Shown: positions 1 through 11,440 of the stretch, piece after piece | How positions within the stretch are numbered: the first letter of the stretch is position 1 | Layout of the letters: every line of letters starts with the position of its first letter | Assembly (NCBI RefSeq): GCF_018350175.1 | Contig: NC_058368.1 | Location: forward strand, 166,348,001-166,412,000 | DNA: 64,000 bases | Reading direction: 5' to 3' | Source of the DNA: Felis catus | Lineage: Eukaryota | Notes under the pieces: generated by a model | The model's database searches: none | Told to the model about the DNA's origin: nothing | What the model saw: only the letters and a program-made list of their open reading frames with translations | Program-made: the position numbers and the translations under genes

Positions 1-366
1 CACAGACATTTCAAGTCAGAATCTCCAGGGAACAAGTTCCCAAGTATCTCTTATGCTCAGGCAGATTTGGAAATAACTGCATTTGTTGACCCCTGTGACT
101 TTTCCTAACTCAAATTTTAAGATTTTAATTATTGGTCAACAGCAGACAAATATCTACTGAAATGGTGATAAGGGCATTTACTTTGAAAATTCCTCAATTA
201 CTAGAATATTATAGCAGAGGAAAAAAATTAGAAGATAATCTAGGGTAGCCATACACCCTTCCTCATATCCTAATTTCTCATTTTTAGTCTCAGAAGCAAC
301 CTATCACCAGATTAGTGGTCTTAAATTTCCTCTAAAATGACCTCTGTTTAGGAACCATGACTTCTA

Positions 367-582
367 GGGACACCTAGTTGACTCAGTTGGTTAAGTGTCT
401 GACTCTTGATTTTGGCTCAGGTCATGATGTCACAGTTTGTGAGTTTGAGCCCTGTGTTGGGCTTTGTGCTGATGGCCGAGACTACTTGGGATTCTGTCTC
501 CCTCTCTCTTCCCCTCCCTTGCTTGCTCTCTATTGCTCTCAAAATAAATATAAATGAACTTTACAAAAAAAGAAAAAAAAAA
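367..582 (+). mobile_element. Carnivore tRNA-derived SINE (SINEC/Can-SINE), older copy
   Basis: Head gggacacctagttgactcagttggttaag, B-box-like gagtttgagccc, CT tract, A tail; exact 15-bp TSD gaaccatgacttcta at 352-366 and 583-597. Confidence 0.95.
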
Positions 583-837
583 GAACCATGACTTCTATGA
601 TATGGATTATCATAAAAAAGCCTCAGTTTTTCTTTTATAAATGTGGATGAATCTTCCTTCTTTTTTTTTCTTCTCCGAAAACAAGTCATGATCTATGAAC
701 AGGTAGTTTTTTCCTACGTGATCTAAAGTAAAATATTATGTCTGTTTTCCTGTAAATGTACTTATTTATATATACTACTTTTATCCACGATTCAGCTGTT
801 CTCTTGTTATTTAGTGTAGAAAATAACCTGTAAAACC

Positions 838-864
838 TAAAAAAAAGAGAGAAAGAGTGAAAAA

Positions 865-904
<40 letters not shown>

Positions 905-925
905 AAAAGAAAGAAGAAAGAAAGA
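838..925 (+). repeat. (GAAA)n purine-rich simple repeat
   Basis: Visible tandem gaaa units. Confidence 0.95.
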
Positions 926-1514
926 GGTTGAACAAAGTTGAGGAATGGGCTATATTTGTTTTAGAAACTAAAAAGTTGGGTAAACTAAAAAAGGAAGTCA
1001 ATTTGATCATCTGGATCATGATAGTTAAGGGAAAACAGACAAGCCTGTTCCATAGACTCTGTAAGGAAAATTAAAGGTCGACTAAGGAATTGTTCCTGAT
1101 CTAAATGATAATCCTATTACTTGTAGTAATGGTCATAATAGAGCATGGCATCTCTATAACATTTTTATCGTTAACATAATTTTTATAAGCAGATGTGAAT
1201 ATGACATCTACCATGCCTTTTCTCTAGGTATTATTACATCTATTTTCAAATGAAGTAATTGAATTAAAGCTTACAGAGAATGATTCATGCATTAAGAGTC
1301 TGGGCTAATTTTCCTGGATTCAAATCTAAGGCTCTTTTTTGTCTACCATGAAGTCCCAAATACCATGTTTTCAGTCAAACTTTATTACCAAACCAAGACC
1401 CATATCTACACAGTCTTGGACCTGAACAAAGCTCCTGCAGTGAGCCTGATCTCTAATTTCCCAAGGCATGTGGAGGGGGCAAACTAGTGACCTCATCATC
1501 ATGGTGATATCTCA

Positions 1515-1650
1515 TGCTCATTTAATGCCAGACCTGGTGTTAAGTACTTTACACATATTGTCACATTTACTTTTCACATTCACACTCAAATATAAATGAT
1601 GTCATTGCCCATATTTTACAACTGAGTAAACTGTCTCAAGCAGGTCATCT
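1515..1650 (-). mobile_element. MIR SINE fragment
   Basis: gccagacctggtgttaagtactttacacatatt...cccatattttacaactgagtaaactg resembles the antisense MIR core. Confidence 0.6.
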
Positions 1651-2127
1651 AAGGGTAAAGAGTGACTCCATCTACTGCCTCCCCTCTTGTGGATGGGGTA
1701 TTACGTTGCCCACAAGTTGAACTCTGAATCCTTTCTCCATGAAAACATTGCTTCTGTATATGTTTTCTACTATTATTCTTTTAATTACCAAGGCATGCTA
1801 TTAGTCAAATAAGGTATTGTTAGAGACTCTGGGGACCTGTGCATCATTTCTAAAATTGTTTCAGAGGAAGGAAAGTCTTCTGTGATCCTATGTATATATT
1901 GAAGAGAGGATTGTATACAATTAACCCCAATTGTTATGCTTATTACATATCCCAACAAAAGACTTTGATTGGAAAGTAATGGAGACCTAACTAGCCCTTG
2001 ATACCTGGGTACTATTCCTAAAAACAGTTTCACAGGATTCATAAATATTAGGATTAAAGTAAAGACAAATGAATAGGTAAAAGCAGGAGTAGGTAACAAG
2101 TCAGGAGGAAATTTTAAAAATATCATG

Positions 2128-2197
2128 TTATACATATATATCATATATACATGTATATACAACATATATATTATATATATGAAACACTTTATATATC
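2128..2197. repeat. Degenerate (TA)n low-complexity tract
   Basis: tacatatatatcatatatacatgtatatac... Confidence 0.85.
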
Positions 2198-3634
2198 ATT
2201 ATAAAAGCAGATCCTCTAAATGTCAATTGGATGCTATTCTTTCACTACTTAATTCACTGCAACATAATGAGACTAGGCACAAAAAAAAAAAGATTAAAGA
2301 ACAGATCATTGAAGATTTCATTTACCTATAATAGAAACAAAATAAACAAATGAAAAAGCTGAGCAGAGACCTTACTTCTTCCTTTGTTTTCTATTTTTCT
2401 GTCTCCGTGTAACTGGAACAATTGGTTATTTTCATATGAACACAATTCACTAAAAATTAACATTGATTTTATCCTCACTTGCTGTCCCATCTATTTAGTT
2501 GTAAAGGGGCAGAATTACTTCTATTAGGACAAATTTGCTGGAGGTTAAGATCTATCACAGAATAGATGATGGAAATAAAGAAGAATTGGGAGGACACACA
2601 AGAAAGTACAGCACAAAACCTCTCAGTTCTAAAGATAGGTGGTTATTTAAAAACCTTACAACACATTTTTTTTTTTTTTTTTGCCAAAATTCACAACATC
2701 ATATAGAGCTGGTCTTTGTAAACTAATATTTCACATCTGTTACCTAAAACTACAGTTTTAAAATAGGAGGTAAGGAGGACATTGGAGTATGCTTAAAATT
2801 GGTAGGTTATGCTTTAATTTATAGTCAGAGTTCTTTTCTGTACAGGCCGCACAAATCCCCCTTATGGTGTTGAGGCCATAAAAAGAAAGCGATACTTCTT
2901 TGCTTGCTTAGACCCAGCAAGAAAATAGAATCATTGTCTGGAAGTGGGCAGGATGTATAAGCTCCACAAGTGCAATAACCCTAAGTCTTGCTGACTTCTG
3001 AGGTTCTGGGGCCATGTTGGATTACTGAGGATGGAAGCTTAATGTAATCCCAGTCCCTGGTAAAGTGGGTCTCATAGAAGCAAGAACAAAAGAGAGAGAG
3101 AAAGATGATTAATTCAGATTTTTGACTTGTCTAGAATTTGGTAATAACATCTACTTTTATTTTAGCATGCTTGTAAGTTTTAGATATTAATAATTCATAT
3201 TTTATTATATGCCAGGAGAAATGGGCTTTACAAATCTGTTCTGTTCTTAGGACCTCTAAATGCTTTATTTAGCCACCAATAACACTTACAAAATTGTAGA
3301 TGCTTGACATATACCTACTGAATAATCAATATGGCATCATTACCAAATTAGAAGTAGTATCTGAAAGGTTACAAAAATGACGTATAGAGTACTGACAGTC
3401 TAGCACTCAATGAAAAACATACTTGTAATATGGACTGGTGGTATAGATTATCAACAATTACTCTAGTTCCAAAGAGAAAAGAGAAAAGAGGCCAGAGGGA
3501 AGTCCTCTTCCTTATATCCATCTACTACATGTTTCTCTACAATGTACAATAGCAGACTTTTCCCTAAACATATTATTTATCATTTAAGGCCAACTACATT
3601 ATAAATACACTGAATAGATTTTGAGTTTCTATGT

Positions 3635-4201
3635 TGTGCTGGTTATTAAGCTAGAATCTTTCAGCTTCAAACTCATCCATCTACACATGCATAATGCTGG
3701 GGTAGAGACTGTGCAAATTACATTTCCCTCTTTACCAGCTGATTCCCTCTTAGGTTTTGCCAACAAGAGCCCTTTGAGGAGATCCGAAAGCTGCAGGCAG
3801 ACAAAGGGCTCTTCCCTTCCTGTTTGACTACTGTGCCTATAGAGTCACTCAGCCAATGGCTCTTAATTCCTACAGAAGCAGTTGCTTCCTGACTTCAATT
3901 CTATTTTTCTCTCCACTGCCAGACCAATCTTATCACAACCCTTCAACAGAGTTAGCAGAATACTACCCTGCCCTTGGTGGTGTGCTCCACTTCCTCAGGA
4001 CCCACCTTCAAGTCCTGGTTCCCTTTCGTCTCCTTCCAGTGATAGTAGCTACTCCCTGCCATTGGCTATGTGTTATCTCCCAGTTAACTTTTTGCTGGCT
4101 ACAGTTTCCTAGCACCTTTATAACCAAATCCCTGCTTTAAATAATCTCTTCTAAAGTAATTAGTGTGCGTTTTGTTTTTTGACTGGACTCTGATACATAC
4201 A
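3635..4201 (+). mobile_element. Solo ERVL LTR, LTR33-like
   Basis: Starts TGTGCTGGTT, contains tgctggggtagagactgtgcaaattacatttc, ends gactggactctgatacataCA; matches the recalled LTR33 consensus. Confidence 0.7.
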
Positions 4202-5046
4202 TGATGTCAATTTAAATTAATAATTTTTTTTCTAATACTTGAATTTAAATGTTTCATAGTTAAGAAGGAGTTGGAATGCAAGTTAGGAGACAGATTTTAT
4301 TTCTGGTTACCTAATTTTGAGCAAATAAAATGTACATTTTGATTTTGTATGTGAAATGAATGATAAAGAACATATACAGATAGGTATATATACATGCATA
4401 TACACAGATTATCAATTTATTATTTGTTCTCATGAGATTATTTTGTAGGTTAACATACTAATGTGTGCAAAAAGACTTTGAAAAACCATTGTGTAGGCAA
4501 ATGCTAGTCACTATTATAAAATAAATATTTTAAGTTGACATAAAATGCTGTGTTCATCTTACTTTGCAAATTTCAGAATTTTATGTGTTTGTATATTACA
4601 AGAAAACACATCCTGTTTGTTGATATGCATTATTTAAAAAGAAACTATACAGAATGTGTATAAAGTAAAAAATAATAATAATAAATAAATAAATAAAAGA
4701 AAAGCTACAAGTTAGCAGGATTAGACAGGAACACATTTATTTTCTTTTGTCCCTGGATACTATGGAAGCTTTCTATTCAGAGAGTGGGAAGAGTAGATAA
4801 CTTTTTCATGAAGCTAGTATGAAATATACCCCAACAGTAGAAAAAATATTTTCTTATGCATTCTGATACAGATTTCTTATTCTCATTGCAAAGGATAGAT
4901 GTTTTTGCAATTAGTTAAAAAAAATGCATTAAGGTAATTAACACATTTCATCATAGTCTTCCCTTTTTATTTCCAACTTTGCTCTTACCACTTAGCCACA
5001 CTCTCATTTCCTTCAAAATTTTATGTTTTCCCTGACCTCAGTGACT

Positions 5047-5460
5047 TGATAATGCTCTTTATATTAGTCTGACTCCATTTTTGATGTTCCACTATTGAGA
5101 GCTTTCAGTCTCTACCACTTTCCCTTTCCCTTTGGCCCCACATCTGGGAAAATTTGTAAGAAAGCCTGAATTCTTTCTCCTCTGGCACCTGTGGGAAATT
5201 CAAACCAGTCAAACACTGACCTGTGTATGGGAATTCTAACCCATGTCATACCTCCTAACCACCATAAAATCCCAAGCCAACCTCTTTTCCCTGCTGTCTC
5301 ATGCCATTCTTGGATCTGTGGGGAATCCCACCCTGCTCTCCCCAGAAAGCCTCGTCGTGTGAGTAATAAACGTTCTTAAATCCCCTTGATATTTGTGTTG
5401 CGTCATTAGTTTCAAACCAGATTTTGACTGAATCGATTCTGCCTGTGCAAGGTGACACAG
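5047..5460 (+). mobile_element. 5' LTR of a class III ERV (MER54/MER74-group-like)
   Basis: Colinear with 7441-7865 (agtctgact, cacatctgg, gtaagaaag, ccccaagcca/tcccaagcca, ccccagaaagcctc); AATAAA at ~5365; followed by a PBS-like sequence. Confidence 0.75.
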
Positions 5461-5464
5461 CTAC

Positions 5465-5482
5465 TGGCACAGAGAACAGGGA
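5465..5482 (+). promoter_or_regulatory. Putative retroviral primer-binding site (tRNA-Ser-like)
   Basis: tggcacagagaacaggga lies directly after the LTR; 14/18 match to TGGCGCAGCGAGCAGGGT, the complement of the tRNA-Ser(UGA) 3' end as recalled. Confidence 0.55.
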
Positions 5483-5828
5483 GTCTGGGCAATGACCATT
5501 CCCCCGGAAGATGTTATTCTCTTGTTCTGTCTTACTAGCTCTGTTGCTTGCTGTTAGCATGTCTTCAGTTGTGTTGTGGCCTGGTGGCAAGCTTGTACTT
5601 TGATCTGTGCTCTTTTGTGCTACATTTGCTGGGTTAAAGGTTGTCCCCATTACAGATTCATCCCAAACTAAATCAGAAGTTATAATTGGTGTGTAATAAT
5701 GAGTATGGAAAATAAGGCTCTCCTTAATGTGATCCTGGCATGTGTCTCTACTGGTGTCTCTATCTGTCAATCTTATTGAAATTACCTACACCACCTAATC
5801 AGCAACAGGTAAAATACTTCAGTGTCCA

Positions 5829-6715
5829 AAATACACTTCAGTCATAGATTTAGCTAAAGTGTCGTATTTGGTACCCATGTCAACAAGCTTGCAGTTGTTG
5901 TTTGTATATTTCTTTGAAGGAACACAATACCCCTTTACCCAGCTAGCCATCCAGTACCTCAGTAGCCCTCCAATCACATACAACCTTTGCAGGAAAGATC
6001 TTAGTCACATTTGACTGTCTCTAAGAACACAGGTGTGACATCACACGGAAGATATCCTCCACTGAGAAGATTCACTTGACACTCATTCAGGGCATACAAA
6101 TACTCACAAAGGAACTCACAAAAAGGAGATAGGTCCTTGCCCTATACATAGTACAAGGCCCTGCCACTACAGTTAAATTCCTGAAAAGTATTTGGTAATC
6201 AAAGGTTTCTCTATCCCTCACATTGTACAGAAACAGTTATTGACCTTCTTAGCATCCATAAAAGTAAAACAAAGCCAATGTCCTTTAGATTCCACAGGTA
6301 ATATATTTTGCAATTTTACTTATTTTTTTTTACTTAAGTTTTACTTAAGCCTATCTATGCTGTTACTTGAAAAGTCACTCACATGGAATGAGGTCCCCTA
6401 CAACAAATTTCTAGAATTTGCCCAAGTTGCAATACAACAATATTCCCATTAGTATTCCCTACAAATTCCTTCCCTGTAAAGTCTTCAGTAACTTTCTTTT
6501 ATGTATTGTAGAATCTCTGGGTTACTCATAATGGCCATAAATTGCTTATGAATTTCTGGTATAAGAAACTGCTCTCCTCAGCCTCATGCTATACATTAGA
6601 CTGGCAATTCTTGGCTGCTACTGTGCTCTTCTGGAAACAGAGAATCCAAGTCTATGATCCTTAATACCTAGCTGCCCATCATGCTTTGCAGTTCCTGCAA
6701 GGTTGGAATGGCCAC
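5829..6715 (+). pseudogene. Degenerate class III ERV pol (RT, connection/RNase H region)
   Basis: Manual translation across frameshifts: KYTSVIDLAK (5829), FEGTQYPFTQLAIQYLSSPPITYNLCRKDL, V*HHTEDIL (6033; decayed YIDD), VQGPATTVKFL (6151), LLKPIYAVT*K, FWYKKLLSSASCY (6554), LPIM, KVGMAT; same order as ERVL Pol motifs. Confidence 0.88.
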
Positions 6716-7440
6716 CAGGTTCTCCTTGCTAAAAGAGAGGCAAGCCTGGGTTCTCTGGCATATTTTATCTTTAGGAAGGGTGATTTTTTCCTGAAGTCAG
6801 TCGCTTGCCAGATGCCATGGTGCTGGATGGTGAGGTCATCCCCATCCTGACCATACCGTGTGAAAAGTAGAGGGAATTCCTACACTTTAAAGACTGTGTT
6901 GCCACCATTCACATGATGGAGCTCTTGAGGAGATGCTGCTTTTCATTAACCAGACTATGGCCAATTCAGAATGGTACCTGAGGGTCAGCTTAATTGGTTG
7001 AATTCAGACAGTCATCTTAGCACTGGATGCCCTGGCCAACACTTGCCCCATCTCCACATTTTTGCAGTGATTTTGCTGTCTGGTGTTGCCAATATCAGCA
7101 ACAATTTCTTATCCAAGCTTTTTGTTTGTTTGTTTGTTTGTTTGTTTTTTACTTTGGGGTAAAGAACTCTAGAAATACCTCACTTCACATATATCTGAAA
7201 TATAAATGAATGTCAAACATGTTTCCTTTCATGTAAAGCCACAATACAAGACACTACACAAAACCAATGATGAGCTCATAAACAAGGCATTCAACAGAAA
7301 TTTCACCTAATTTATGGCCTCAAAGCTACAAGTATTATAAAGGATAATAAAGTAGTAGCTTACTTAAACAAGCCCAGATATAATTCAATGAAATATGGCA
7401 TATTTAAGTCACCAGCCAAACATCATGAATTCTAATAGTC

Positions 7441-7865
7441 TGTAACAATTATGAATTATAACAGTCTGACTATTTTTTTTATGTTCGACTACTGATGATT
7501 TTCAAGTCCACTACTCCTACTCCTTCTTCTGCCTCACATCTGGATGCGGTAAGAAAGTTCAGATATTCCCTCCTTTGGTACTACTGGAAAGTATAAACCA
7601 CACAAGCTCCAACCCACATGGAGGAACCTTCTCTTTGCCCCACCTACTAGCCACCATGAAACCCCAAGCCAGTTTTTCTTCCTATTCTTTGATAGCATTC
7701 TTGGACCTGTTTTGGAATCTATTCTGTTTTCCCCAGAAAGCCTCATTATTAGATAAGTAGTCAATCTTTTCATACCCTCCTAGCACACGTATGGTGTGAT
7801 CAGTTTCAACATCTGAATAAATTTTGGGTGAAGGCATCCATCTCACCTCTGTGGACACTCTCCAA
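7441..7865 (+). mobile_element. Second LTR of the same family (putative 3' LTR)
   Basis: Starts TGTAAC; colinear similarity to 5047-5460 in the same orientation. Confidence 0.7.
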
Positions 7866-7894
7866 TCCTGTTTTAGGTTTTTATGGTTGTTTGC

Positions 7895-8154
7895 ATTTTT
7901 ATTGTGGTAAAAACACATAATATAGAATTTACCATATTAACTATTTGCAAGTGTACATTTCTGTCATGTTAAGTATGTTTATATTGTTGTAAAACATCTC
8001 CAGAACTTTTTCATCTTGAAAATCCGTAACAACTGGGTGGCTCAGCCAGTTGAACATCTGACTTTGGCTCAGGTTTTGATCTCACAGTTGTGAGTTTGAG
8101 CCTGCACTGGGCTCTGTGCTAACACCTCAGAGCCTGGAGCTTGCTTTGGATGTC

Positions 8155-8192
<38 letters not shown>

Positions 8193-8930
8193 CCTCCCCC
8201 AGTCACTCTCTGTCTCTGTCTCTCTCTCAAATAAATAAACATTAAAAAAAGAAAGAAAGAAAATCCATAACTCTATGCCTAATGAAGAGCAACTCCCCTT
8301 TACCCCTCTTGAAAGCCCTTGATAACCAGCATTTTATTTTCTGTTTGTATAAATTTAACTACTTTAGATACCAAATGTAAGTGAAATCAACAGCTGTCAG
8401 TTTTTCTGACTGGCTTATTTCACTTATGTCCTCAAGGATCATGCATAATATAGCATGTGGCAGAATTTCCTTCCTTTTTAAGGCTGAATAGTATTTCATT
8501 GTACGTATATGCTACATTTCCATTAACCATTCATCCATGGATGGACACTAATGCTGTTTCTATCTCTTGGCTATTGTGAATAGTATTATTATGAACATGG
8601 GTGTGTAAGTATCACTTCAAGACCCTACTTTAAACTCTTTTGGATATATTTCCAGAAGTGGAATTCCTGGATGATATAGCAGTTTTATTTTCAACTTTTT
8701 GAAGAATTTCCATACTTGTTGCATCATTTCACAATCCCACAAACAATGCACAAAGGTTCCAATTTCTCCACATCTTCAACAACACTTGTTATTTTTCTGT
8801 GTCTTTATATTTTCTTTAGTATAATGAGGGATGTGAGATGATATCTCACTGTGCTTTTGATTTGTATTTCCCTAATGATTAGTGATACTGAGCATCTTTT
8901 CATATGCTTTGAGCTAGTTATATAGTATCT
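7895..8930 (-). mobile_element. Old L1 3' end (L1MB-like), interrupted by a SINE
   Basis: tttttattgtggtaaaa...tggcttatttcactta...ccattcatccatggatggacac...ggttccaatttctccacatc, typical of an antisense L1M 3' region. Confidence 0.9.
8031..8258 (+). mobile_element. SINEC inserted in the old L1
   Basis: ctgggtggctcag head, (CT)n, A tail; TSD gaaaatcc(g/a)taac at 8018-8030 and 8259-8271. Confidence 0.95.
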
Positions 8931-9499
8931 TTGATCTTCCTTCTGTTTTGAACTCCTTTTTTTCCCCTCGCTCTTCATTTACTTCATTTATATTTATCAT
9001 TCTTAAACCATAGCTAATGTATTTTTTCAAGCCATTGGTGATTGTTATGCATTCCCCAATATTCTCCATCTTAGTCTCATTTCTCAAGCAAATATTTTAT
9101 ATCTGTTTTATCTTCCCTAATGTAAATCTAAGCGAGGAAGACACAACTACTGCTCATTTACCTACTGTGCCTGAAACTTTCCAGGTGACTTCTAAATACT
9201 CTTGACTTTATGACTTTATTTGGTGAGTCAAGGTTTTTGCTACTTGCTTTGCTGGAGGGAGAGTCTCGACAAAGAAATTATTAAAATCACTTTGAATTAA
9301 TTGTCATTATTGGCTCTTCCAGTGAGCATTCCTTTTATTGGGCCCAGGAAGTGAACTGCCCCCCTCCCCCGCAAAAAACAAAAACAAAAAACAAAAAAAC
9401 AAAAGAAAATAAAACCCAGTACTATGATAGTGCTAAGTTTAATTTAGCACTTTTTTCCAATAACTGTATTACGTGATTTATTTATTATCAATGATTGTA

Positions 9500-9640
9500 A
9501 GAAACAAAAACACTACATCATGTCTAGATTGCAAATGAGAAATGAAGCTTCAAAAAGCAAGCAGTTTATCCAAGAGCACAAAGCTAGTGTGCAGAGGAAC
9601 TAGTGGCTTGCATGAGGCAGTCTGGCTGCACAGCCCTCTT
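9500..9640 (-). mobile_element. MIR fragment
   Basis: ttgcaaatgagaaatgaagct...tccaagagcacaaagctagt...aggcagtctggct. Confidence 0.6.
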
Positions 9641-10719
9641 GTGCTGCAAAGAAGAGGAAATGGGCCAGAAGAAATCAATGTTTTCCTTAAAATGGGTGTG
9701 GAGCTATGCTATTATTCCAGAGCTGACAGAGAACAAGTGAGTTCAGTGTTTGCAAAGCACTTAAGGGCCAGAATTATTAGCTTCTCTGAAAATGTAACAG
9801 AGTAAAATAAGTTTTATACATCTCTTTTAAGGCCAAAACTAAATGCATGCATTGTTTCTCCATTAACTCAGCCATGGAACAGGACTATGTAAATTAACAT
9901 TCTCAAGTGGTACTTCTTAAACCACGTGTACAGGACTGTTCTTGTCTGTGTATGAATTAAAACAATCTCTTGCCCCTTTTCTTACATTAAATGGATGGCT
10001 CTGAAGCAAACCGTGGCTGTTTCTACATTTTACCAACTTTCTTTGTCAATTCAATAAGAAAATATGCTCATTTTATCCAAATGTTAATTCTTCAGGAAAG
10101 AGAAGAAACTAATGATTCACAGGTCAAATATGGCACATTGCTTCATTTCATCAAGAGGTAGATACATTTTGTATGTGGTGTTGCTATTGACTCTAATTTG
10201 TTGATGAACTGAGTCTGAAGAAATGGATATTTGTTGATTCACTCTCAGACATATGTATTCTTTTATGATTTATGGAGTAACTGGTCTCCAGACTAGCATG
10301 AAGTAACATAATGTTAAATTACATATGAAGCAAGCCAATTAAAATGTAAAGTTTGTTCAAAATCCAGTTAGAAGGAAAGGATGGCAATGTACTATATGTC
10401 TGGAATTAATTATTTATTGTAATTAAGTATGAAATTTATCCCTCTATTTCCAGGTAGCCAACTTGAAAGAGGAAACATTTTGTGCACTAATAAACTCAGT
10501 GACTGACTGAAGAAAGCAAACAGGCAATTGTACAATATTTTTTTCTGAAAATGTAATATAAGGAATTATCACATACGTTTCTACTTAAGGAACACCATCT
10601 TTTCTGAATAGTTAGCAAAAGAGGAGTCATGATTTCCACACACACACACATACTCACTGCCCCCACCCCACATATACAAGTTCAGTCACATATCAATTGT
10701 TTCTCCTATAGTATTCTCT

Positions 10720-11390
10720 AGAATAATGTTACCACTATCTATTCAGGTGTTCAATTCAAAAACCCATTCTTGATTCCTCTCCTTTTCTCATCTCTTATAT
10801 ATAATTCATCAACGTATCCTGTCAGTGCTCCATCTATAATATATCCTGAACTCATCATCTCCACTGCTAACACCCGTCCAAACCAACATTATGTCTAGCT
10901 AGGACTATGGTTTTGGATTCCTAACTGGCCTTCTTTCCCCCATACAGGAGCAAAGAGCAGCAAGCATGATGCTTTAACTTCAAATCAGGTAATATCATTC
11001 CTCTTAAGACCCTTAACTTTCTCTCCCATTGCAATTGGCATAAAACTCAATCTCCTCTATGGTATATAATAACCTACAAAACTCTGACCTTATCTCCTAC
11101 CTATTTCTTCCTGGTGTACCATGTGCCAGCTACATTTTTAAAGCCTCTAGACATACTAGTCTCTTACCTTCCTTGTGGGAATGGCACTTAAATATTATTC
11201 TATCAAAATAGTGTTTCCCAAGAATTCTGTAGGACTAGTTATTTCCCTTCATTTAGTTCTGAGCCTAAATATCAGTTCCTGAAAAAATTTTTTCTCACTA
11301 TTCTAACTAAAGTGCATGCCACCCTATTAACCTGCTATGTTTATTACAAAGCATCAATCTCCACATAAAATATTATAATGTCCATATATA
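10720..11390 (+). mobile_element. L2 LINE 3' fragment
   Basis: ttcttgattcctctcc...atctccactgctaacac...tcctaactggcct...tcattcctcttaagaccctt; a probable terminal piece follows at 14945-15032. Confidence 0.7.
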
Positions 11391-11440
11391 TTTATAATAG
11401 GTAATTCCCAGAAGAATTGCTTAATAATAAAATATAGTTG

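Noticed and set aside
1785..2165. 126-aa minus-strand ORF
   Set aside because: Starts in a TA-rich repeat; no protein similarity recognised
5255..5770. 171-aa minus-strand ORF
   Set aside because: Antisense to the LTR and leader of the ERV remnant, non-ATG start, no recognisable domain
9429..9451. Hairpin agtgctaa-7nt-ttagcact
   Set aside because: An 8-bp stem is within chance expectation; no ncRNA context
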